From NCBI GenBank assembly GCA_018985225.1, contig JADGIF010000612.1, positions 1 through 5,971 on the forward strand: a DNA stretch of 5,971 bases, written 5' to 3'. A program made the translations under genes and the position numbers. The notes beneath the pieces are model-generated. The model saw nothing but the letters and a program-made list of their open reading frames with translations. It was not told the origin of the DNA and did not search any database. This DNA is from Amoeboradix gromovi X-113 (Eukaryota > Fungi > Sanchytriomycota). Below are positions 1 to 5,933 of the stretch, in pieces. The stretch's first letter is position 1. Every line of letters starts with the position of its first letter.

Positions 1-576
1 GAGCAATCACTGCAACGGAGCATCTAGCATTGCTAGTTTCTCTGTGGAAATCAAGACTTTTAACGAGGGAGACTCGTATCTCCGCAACTACACACGAAGC
101 TTAAACTGGCGCAATATTATACCGCTACGAGACCGCGGAATGCTATAATACTTTTCATAATTACCACCTAGGCTGCACAAGTATTTGGATTATAAATTCT
201 GAAATAAGTGAGAATAACGCTTTTCTACCAGGAGCATATACTGGCGTCTTGTTCCGGATACTGCTATAGCGCTTCTACTGCGATTATAATTGCAACTCTG
301 AAACAGATTGTAAAGAGGTTTTCACAAAGATTTAGTATCAAGGCGAGATGGCAATGTCATACGTTTATCCGGAACCTAATTAAATCTTATGTATTCTGAG
401 GTTGAAAGTTATTTCCGAGCCAGTAATGTGCACTCATAATATTTAGAGCTTTGTTTAATTAATTTTGAAAGACTGTGAGAGGTTCCAGAAATAGGTTTTC
501 ATGAAAATTAACATCAGATGACCTTGTGATAAATAGATAAATCAAAACGGTAACTTGACTAATTGAAATCATAATA

Positions 577-1017
577 ATGTCAACAGTCGAAAACGCGATT
601 ACAGAGCCAATAGCAGAATCAGTTAATTTATTGGGACCAGAATCGAAAACCAACATATTTGAGAACTTGTTGTTTTTAGGAAAACTGTACGAGTCTAAAA
701 ACCAAAACGAACCAGCATTTAAGTGTTACGCCGAGGCATTTAACAATGGATATCATTTAGCAGCAATACCGCTATCAAGATGTTATTTGGAGGGAAAAGG
801 AGTGCAAAGTCACGTTGTTAAGGCTGTAAAAATACTTGAGAGTGTTCTGGATCATGAGATAGATGCTTATTATGAGTTAGCAATGATACATTATAGCTAT
901 CAAAGCAAAAAATCAAAGGAGCTGCTCAAAAAAGGAAAGGCCAAGGGGTGTATTAAGTGTTCAAAAAAGTTAAAAAACCAAAGCCGGTCTGGATTTAATA
1001 AAATATTTAGTTTATGA
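577..1017 (+). CDS. Small Sel1-like repeat (SLR/TPR) protein, 146 aa, about 3 repeats, Lys-rich C-terminus
   Basis: ATG to TGA ORF. The central repeat AAIPLSRCYLEGKGVQSHVVKAVKILESV fits the Sel1 consensus (A..LG..Y..G.GV..D..KA......A). Degenerate flanking repeats are LLFLGKLYESKNQNEPAFKCYAEAFNNG and AYYELAMIHY...KSKELLKKGKAKG. Confidence 0.85.
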   Translation: MSTVENAITEPIAESVNLLGPESKTNIFENLLFLGKLYESKNQNEPAFKCYAEAFNNGYHLAAIPLSRCYLEGKGVQSHVVKAVKILESVLDHEIDAYYELAMIHYSYQSKKSKELLKKGKAKGCIKCSKKLKNQSRSGFNKIFSL

Positions 1018-1097
1018 CTTGAAATTATTTTTGATTTAAACTCAAGACTTATGCAAATATCACCGAAAATCTGAAAGTTTGAAACGACTCTGATTGT

Positions 1098-2069
1098 ATG
1101 TTGCCCTTTATTCGCAAAAACACAGAATACCAAATTCATTCAATTCAATGGATAAATGAAAAGCCAATGCTAGCTGTATTAGGTCAAATGTCTGATGGAT
1201 CAGGAGTGCTGAAAATATTTAGATTGGTGAAAAATGACTTGGTACCTGAGCATGGTAACTGCCATTTTATGACAATGCCAACAGGAATGAAGACCATTGG
1301 TGGTGACTTGGTAATCTCTGAATTGAAGCAGTTGAGTATTTGGGATGTACATGACTTGGTATACCCAAAAAGTGTAATTGAGATTAAGAATACTGCCCAG
1401 TGCATGGATTGCTATGGGGGCTGTAAAGATCAACCTGGGCCTCCTGAGATTGTAATTGGTTGTGCAAAAAAAGTTGAAATATACGACATTAGACAAAACT
1501 TGCCAGTTGTTGAAATATTTGAAAATATGCAACCGTGGGCTGTCGCAATTGGAGGTGCATCTGAGGCCCGGAAGAGAAGTGTTGCAGTCGGATTTGACCA
1601 AGGTACAATTAAAATATATGACTTAGAAAATCGAACTTGTGTTTGGGAGATCAAAGTAATTCATGGAGTTTGTTGTCTTGAGTTTGACAGACGAGACAGT
1701 GTTTACAACAAACTAACTGTTGGCTGTTTAAGAGGTGACTTTCATGTGTTCCAACTATCAAATTTAAATAAAGTTAAGCATTTGACGGTGAAAAACAAGC
1801 AGGAGCCATATACTATCTGGACTTTGAGTCATTCTCCACACTACAAAGATGGCTTTATAGTTTGCGTGAACAACGTGATTCAGCTATTCCGGTACGAATA
1901 CGGAAAGACGGAAGATCAAGTAAAATTAGTCGATTCTGTTGCAAACTTGACAGAGCAGCCGATCCGAGCATTTCAATGGAATGATAAAATAGTTGGCTTA
2001 TGTGCTTTTGCCTCCTTTGATCAGGTTTTATGTGTTTTAATGGCCCCAGCCGTTAAAAACTGTCAATAA
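1098..2069 (+). CDS. WDR92: WD40-repeat protein WDR92 / dynein axonemal assembly factor 10 (Monad), divergent, 323 aa
   Basis: Collinear matches to remembered human WDR92 motifs: GSGVLKIF (GTGVIQLY), GPPEIVIG (GAPEIVTG), YDIRQ (WDPRQ), WAVAIG (WTVAFG), VGFDQGTIKIYDL (AGYDNGDIKLFDL), GVCCLEFDRRDSVYNKL (GVCSLEFDRKDISMNKL), GDFHVF (GKFHVF), LFRYEY (LWKYEY), QPI, GLCAFASFDQ (GLCVCSSFDQ). Ends in tandem TAA TAA. Confidence 0.92.
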   Translation: MLPFIRKNTEYQIHSIQWINEKPMLAVLGQMSDGSGVLKIFRLVKNDLVPEHGNCHFMTMPTGMKTIGGDLVISELKQLSIWDVHDLVYPKSVIEIKNTAQCMDCYGGCKDQPGPPEIVIGCAKKVEIYDIRQNLPVVEIFENMQPWAVAIGGASEARKRSVAVGFDQGTIKIYDLENRTCVWEIKVIHGVCCLEFDRRDSVYNKLTVGCLRGDFHVFQLSNLNKVKHLTVKNKQEPYTIWTLSHSPHYKDGFIVCVNNVIQLFRYEYGKTEDQVKLVDSVANLTEQPIRAFQWNDKIVGLCAFASFDQVLCVLMAPAVKNCQ

Positions 2070-2077
2070 TTAAAGCT

Positions 2078-2089
2078 AATAAATTTATT
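2078..2089. terminator. Back-to-back polyadenylation signals (AATAAA on each strand) between convergent genes
   Basis: The perfect palindrome AATAAATTTATT gives a + strand AATAAA at 2078-2083, just after the WDR92 stop. The - strand AATAAA at 2089-2084 overlaps the stop codon of the convergent gene. Confidence 0.55.
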
Positions 2090-2834
2090 GAACTGTAATG
2101 ACTGTTAATACTACTAAAAATAGGGACAATGCGGAAGAGCTTGAATAGCTACCCAAATAATCAGAGGAATATGCTGACTGGCTATCAACTGTATCTGGGG
2201 CACCAGATTCTGCTGCTTCAGGGACATAAGGAACTTCAGTTGCTACTATAGGTACAGTTGCAGGTTCACTCTCGGATACTGGTAAAGCAGCAGGTTCAGT
2301 TTCAATTGGACCCGGATAGTTTGTTTCAGGCTGCTCATGAGGTTTAGACTCTGGTTGTGGTACAATACCAGATTGCGGCAAGTACTCTGGAACAGAGGTT
2401 TCTTCACAATCACTTTCTTGAGGAGCTGGTACTTCCGGTTTAGGTTCTGGAGCTGGTTCGGTTTCTGCAGTCTGAGGAGCAGGTACTTGTGGCTCTGCTA
2501 CTGGCTCAGTTACTGCTACTTCAGGTGCTGGAGTTTCTGGCTCTGCTGCTGGCTCGGTTTCTGCTACTTCAGGTTCAGGTTCTGTTTCAGGTTCAGGTTC
2601 TGTTTCAGGTTTCGGTGCTGGTTTTCCTTTACCCTTGTGATGTTTTTTGGTTTTCAGATGTTTCTTACTAGACTTCTTACCATTATCTCTATGTTTTTTT
2701 CCCGTTTGCTTTGCTGGGACGGAATTCTTCTTATCACAATCTGGCGATGATTTAGAAGGCACAGGCTTGTTGTGCGGGGTTGGGGTGGCAGATGCTATGG
2801 CTAATAACACAACAATAAATTTCATCTTTGACAT
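2085..2834 (-). CDS. Secreted, probably GPI-anchored Pro/Glu-rich repetitive surface or cell-wall protein, 249 aa (alternative start at Met4, 2825)
   Basis: Signal-peptide-like MKFIVVLLAIASA, then a Lys/His-rich block, then PE/TEP/PAP repeats. A Ser-rich segment is followed by the terminal hydrophobic tail ALSLFLVVLTVITVQ with no cytosolic tail, as in a GPI attachment signal. Confidence 0.85.
   Translation of the reverse strand: MSKMKFIVVLLAIASATPTPHNKPVPSKSSPDCDKKNSVPAKQTGKKHRDNGKKSSKKHLKTKKHHKGKGKPAPKPETEPEPETEPEPEVAETEPAAEPETPAPEVAVTEPVAEPQVPAPQTAETEPAPEPKPEVPAPQESDCEETSVPEYLPQSGIVPQPESKPHEQPETNYPGPIETEPAALPVSESEPATVPIVATEVPYVPEAAESGAPDTVDSQSAYSSDYLGSYSSSSALSLFLVVLTVITVQ
2424..2573 (-). 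repeat. Three degenerate coding tandem repeats (48, 48 and 54 bp)
   Basis: Units 2526-2573, 2478-2525 and 2424-2477 encode PEVAETEPAAEPETPA, PEVAVTEPVAEPQVPA and PQTAETEPAPEPKPEVPA. Confidence 0.85.
2568..2611. repeat. Perfect 18-bp tandem repeat, about 2.4 copies (encodes PETEPE units)
   Basis: TTCAGGTTCAGGTTCTGT occurs at 2568-2585 and 2586-2603, with a partial TTCAGGTT at 2604-2611. Confidence 0.95.
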
Positions 2835-2877
2835 GGGACTTGTTGTTGCTTAAATACCTAACAAATTAAAATATTCA

Positions 2878-2945
2878 CCAATCAATTTCTTTGCTATGCT
2901 TGCTCAAGCCTTCGTAATAAAAAATATTGAACCATTTGATTGGAC
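2878..2945. promoter_or_regulatory. Two CCAAT boxes upstream of the Pro/Glu-rich gene
   Basis: CCAATCA at 2878-2884 (+) and GTCCAATCA at 2945-2937 (-), about 45 and 105 bp upstream of the ATG at 2834. Both match the NF-Y/HAP CCAATCA core. Confidence 0.45.
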
Positions 2946-3169
2946 GTAGCACGAATTAATAAGTTGTAAATTGTTTATTAAAATTTACTTCTTAGCTTAA
3001 ATTTAGAAGCAGGTAATTTGAAAAGAAAGTGAAAACCCATATCACAATAAAATCAATCTCAAATTAAGTTTTCAAAGATACTTTAAACAGTATAGCAACA
3101 CGCATCTTAAAACAGTAGTATTTAATTTTGCTAATTCGTATGTACCCTCATGTATTGATATCATTTGTT

Positions 3170-3435
3170 ACTCAACTATAATCGCAGTCCTGTTGATTTG
3201 TGAACTTGTTCCCGGAAGAGTTCACGATTTTTCGAGCTCGGACTATGGCTGCTCTTTCAGATGTGTTAGATAACGCTGATGTTTCCCGTTGATCAATAGG
3301 ATACATCATGAATATCTTTAGTACAATTATATTCTTGTGAATCAGCTTTGCAGAACGAGTTTCCCAAGGCTGGAGTTTCCACAGACTCTCAAAAGCATTA
3401 CAGTGCCCCTCTGATTACATCAAAAAGCCTTTTTC
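3170..3435. ncRNA. Candidate structured ncRNA (RNase P RNA-like motifs on the - strand; identity unproven)
   Basis: ORF-free segment, visibly more GC-rich than its flanks. Hairpins at 3200-3225 (GTGAACT/AGTTCAC), 3277-3308 (TGATGTTTCC/GGATACATCA, 9 of 10 pairs) and 3310-3334 (GAATAT/ATATTC). The - strand has GGGAAACTCG (3365-3356) and ACAGGACTGCGATTA (3193-3179). Confidence 0.3.
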
Positions 3436-3472
3436 TCAAGTTTTTTGTGTTATATTAAAATTTTAAATTAAT

Positions 3473-5125
3473 TCAGCTAAGCGAAAGATTTGATGGCTTT
3501 TTCACCGTTGCAATGTACTTTAAAAGGTGATCAAATGAGCCGGATTGTAAACAGGAAAACACATCAGACTCTATGTTACTGTAGGTTAGGGGGTAAGAAG
3601 ATTTGATTATATAATCAGATTCATACAACTTAGGTGATACAAAGTAGAGTAAGTAAATAAGATTTGAAAACATTAGCTTACATGGCAAAGGGCAGAAATA
3701 TACTACCTTTAGTGGCAACCGATATTTTCTAATCTCACTGATAACATCAACGGGTATGCTTTCACTAGTGTTGGAATATTGCAGTTCCAAGTGGTCTGAG
3801 TATAGATGTATCACAAATGCAGTCTCTTGCAAAACATTAAAAACTGGCAGTTTTTTGAATGTGCTGCCAAAGTAAACTCTAAGCTGAGTAACGAAAACCG
3901 TTTCAATCAGTTCGTTGTTTGGATATATACCGTTGTTAATTTTTTCATGCAATAACTTTATTTTTTCATTTAAATCTTTTTTGAAAAATGAACTTTTAAG
4001 GTAGAGGTATGCGTCGTTTACGAAATCAAAATCAAAGCCTAAAGGCTGGGAATTCTTCATCAGCTCTGCTTTGTTTATGTGAGTTTTAATTGATTTCAGC
4101 AAGTCTGACGTGTCTTTAAACGAAAGACCTTCAGTTAGCAAATTCAATCTTTCAAATTGTTCCTTAAAAGTATCGTGCTCATACTTAAGTGACAATTGAT
4201 ACAGCAAAATCTTCGTACCAAAATAAGTTATAATATACGTGGAAGAGCTGTTTAAAAAGTCAATCAAAACGCTAAATATAGTAAAAATCAAGTAATCTTG
4301 AATAATTACCGTCTTTAAAAAATCATTAACTGTCTTGATTACAAAAGTAAAGAATAATGTGAAGAGAATAAATTTTTTTTGCTTGATTTCAACTTCGAAA
4401 GATTTAGATTTGTTGTACTCAAATAGCCATTCGGTGTACCTTGTGATTACGAAATCAGCCAAGCATTCTTCGTCCTGGTTATCTAAAAAGAATCGTTTGA
4501 ATAACAAAACATTCCTACTGCAATCCAACGAAAAGAAATATTCCAGCTTTTTGTGAACGACAATGACATCGTCCGAGTGTAGATTAATTACTTCTGGATT
4601 GAGTTTGCATCTCCCAGGTATCTTTTTCGACTTGCTAAGTATGTTGAATGACGACAAATCAATATTAGAATGTTTTGCCAATTTGTTAATTATTTCTTTG
4701 TTATTGATGTTTACTATTTCCAATGTATAAAATAAAAAGCAGCCATACGGGTTAGACCGTCTGATAACTGGGAATCCCTTAAATACAGCTATCTCGCCAT
4801 GATCAGTTACTAGTTCTAACATTACATAGTTTGTAAACATTTGTTTTGGTAAGCAAAATCTTAGAATACCTTCTTCTACATTTATATTAACACCAACCAC
4901 ATCAAGCGACGTGCTAATACCTAAGAAATCCTGGTCTACTGGTGATATTCTGATGAAATTCTGCCCCATTTCCATCCCATACTTGACATATTTTGATGAG
5001 ATTCCAGTATTCTTAAGCTTTACTTCTATAATGTTTAACTTGTCTTCTAAGGAAAGAAATTTGACATGTAGTAGTCTTTCTACCCTTCCTAACTCAACAG
5101 ACGAATTTACGCGTCTTAAAGACAT
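3473..5125 (-). CDS. 550-aa protein; N-terminal C2 (DHR-1-like) domain, helical middle and DHR-2-like remnant, tentatively a reduced DOCK-family protein
   Basis: The 1653-bp uninterrupted ORF in AT-rich DNA makes coding status secure. The family call rests only on by-eye collinear motif resemblance (RLLHVKFLSL, LRFCLP, GFPVI, LEYFFSL, VFVTQLRVYF, LPCKLMF...VSP) and is roughly even odds. Confidence 0.75.
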   Translation of the reverse strand: MSLRRVNSSVELGRVERLLHVKFLSLEDKLNIIEVKLKNTGISSKYVKYGMEMGQNFIRISPVDQDFLGISTSLDVVGVNINVEEGILRFCLPKQMFTNYVMLELVTDHGEIAVFKGFPVIRRSNPYGCFLFYTLEIVNINNKEIINKLAKHSNIDLSSFNILSKSKKIPGRCKLNPEVINLHSDDVIVVHKKLEYFFSLDCSRNVLLFKRFFLDNQDEECLADFVITRYTEWLFEYNKSKSFEVEIKQKKFILFTLFFTFVIKTVNDFLKTVIIQDYLIFTIFSVLIDFLNSSSTYIITYFGTKILLYQLSLKYEHDTFKEQFERLNLLTEGLSFKDTSDLLKSIKTHINKAELMKNSQPLGFDFDFVNDAYLYLKSSFFKKDLNEKIKLLHEKINNGIYPNNELIETVFVTQLRVYFGSTFKKLPVFNVLQETAFVIHLYSDHLELQYSNTSESIPVDVISEIRKYRLPLKVVYFCPLPCKLMFSNLIYLLYFVSPKLYESDYIIKSSYPLTYSNIESDVFSCLQSGSFDHLLKYIATVKKPSNLSLS

Positions 5126-5160
5126 TTTTTAAAAATGGGTAATTTTAATAAATATGCTAT

Positions 5161-5493
5161 TTACTGTGATATTTCTGCAAGAAAATATTTCTCCAAGACG
5201 TACTTTTCTTCTTTGTACTTTTGAGTTAAGTCATGTGAATGCAGATAAAGCCATCCTACCTCTTGCAAGCATTTGGAGCAGAATACCTTTTTAATGTTAT
5301 AGCGTCCCGTTATCATCTGCTTTTCTTCTTCAATTCCATTTTCAACATTGTATGCATAACTAAACATGTAGGCTTCACCAGACCGAGATTGAAAATTTCG
5401 ACTTATCAGGTCATCACGGGTGGCCAAAGGTGTAAAGCATGCATTACAATGATAATAAGGCGGGTTTGGAAACTGAATAAATTTCCTGCACAT
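5161..5493 (-). CDS. YPEL: Yippee-like (YPEL/Moh1 family) zinc-binding protein, 110 aa
   Basis: Two CxxC pairs (CNAC, CSKC) plus the family motifs DLISRNF, GEAYMF, MITG, VGWLY and QKYKEEKYVLE. Length and the M.R.F N-terminus are typical of the family. Confidence 0.95.
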   Translation of the reverse strand: MCRKFIQFPNPPYYHCNACFTPLATRDDLISRNFQSRSGEAYMFSYAYNVENGIEEEKQMITGRYNIKKVFCSKCLQEVGWLYLHSHDLTQKYKEEKYVLEKYFLAEISQ

Positions 5494-5542
5494 AAAAATA
5501 GAGATTTTAGGGAGTCAATCTTTTGACCAAGTTAAAGTAGAA

Positions 5543-5551
5543 TGATTGGAC
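5543..5551 (-). promoter_or_regulatory. CCAAT box upstream of the Yippee-like gene
   Basis: GTCCAATCA on the - strand, 50 bp upstream of the ATG at 5493. It is identical in sequence and orientation to the 9-mer at 2937-2945. Confidence 0.45.
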
Positions 5552-5576
5552 AATTGACATCAACATAAAAACTAGA

Positions 5577-5620
5577 CTAACCCTAAGAAGTTGATTATTC
5601 AACTTCGGCATACTAGGGTT
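5577..5620. other. Telomeric-repeat motif pair flanking a perfect hairpin
   Basis: CTAACCCTAA at 5577-5586, then the 8-bp stem GAAGTTGA-TTAT-TCAACTTC at 5587-5606, then TAGGGTT at 5614-5620, which is complementary to AACCCTA at 5579-5585. Function unresolved. Confidence 0.8.
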
Positions 5621-5906
5621 CTTTTATCGATGAGGCATTAAATATAAACCTAAAGCAAGAATTGCGTCAATGAGTTACAAGATTAAGAATAAAAAAATTC
5701 AATTTGTATAGTTTATACATCAGTAGAATGCCAGTCACTCAGTTACAGTTGTTGCTAATGCTTCTAGTACATGAGGTGGAATTGAATAGGGATGCACATA
5801 TTTGAAGTTTATGTTCCTTACTATCTTTAATTTATAGCTTCAGCTAAAAATGATGGAAGACCGGCTTGGTAGCTATGACAATAGAACTATTCAGCCTTTA
5901 GGCTTC

Positions 5907-5933
5907 TAATAAAAGTTGGGGGTACTTTTATTA
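5907..5933. repeat. Perfect 10-bp inverted repeat with a G5 loop
   Basis: TAATAAAAGT (5907-5916), loop TGGGGGT, ACTTTTATTA (5924-5933). Confidence 0.9.

Noticed and set aside
208-399. 63-aa ORF on the + strand
   Set aside because: It starts at GTG in a eukaryotic context, is short and has no recognisable motif.
3-520. + strand frame 3 interrupted only by TAA/TAG, suggesting a TAR-to-Gln genetic code
   Set aside because: The recognisable genes have no internal TAA/TAG, and WDR92 and YPEL end in TAA at the expected positions. The read-through product resembles nothing I recognise.
459-1654. Minus-strand ORFs 459-656, 900-1139, 1184-1405, 1200-1601 and 1430-1654
   Set aside because: They are antisense to the well-supported Sel1 and WDR92 genes and show no motifs.
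2424-2611. Tandem repeats as a possible CRISPR array
   Set aside because: The units are contiguous, in-frame and coding, with no spacers and no cas genes, in a eukaryotic context.
2337-2853. Antisense ORFs of 137, 60 and 68 aa (RFRF, QVQV and Phe-rich)
   Set aside because: These are shadows of the low-complexity Pro/Glu/Lys codons on the opposite strand.
3205-3225. CCGGAAG resembling the SRP RNA helix 8 tetraloop
   Set aside because: The flanking CAGG and AGCAG internal-loop motifs are absent.
3236-3390. Group I intron-like R (CACAGACT) and S (ATAGTCC) motifs
   Set aside because: The two motifs lie on opposite strands and cannot form P7.
4335-5526. Plus-strand ORFs 4335-4556, 4911-5132 and 5239-5526
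   Set aside because: They are antisense to the 550-aa and YPEL genes, short and featureless.
5728-5805. Short ORF MPVTQLQLLLMLLVHEVELNRDAHI
   Set aside because: Only 25 aa with no supporting evidence.
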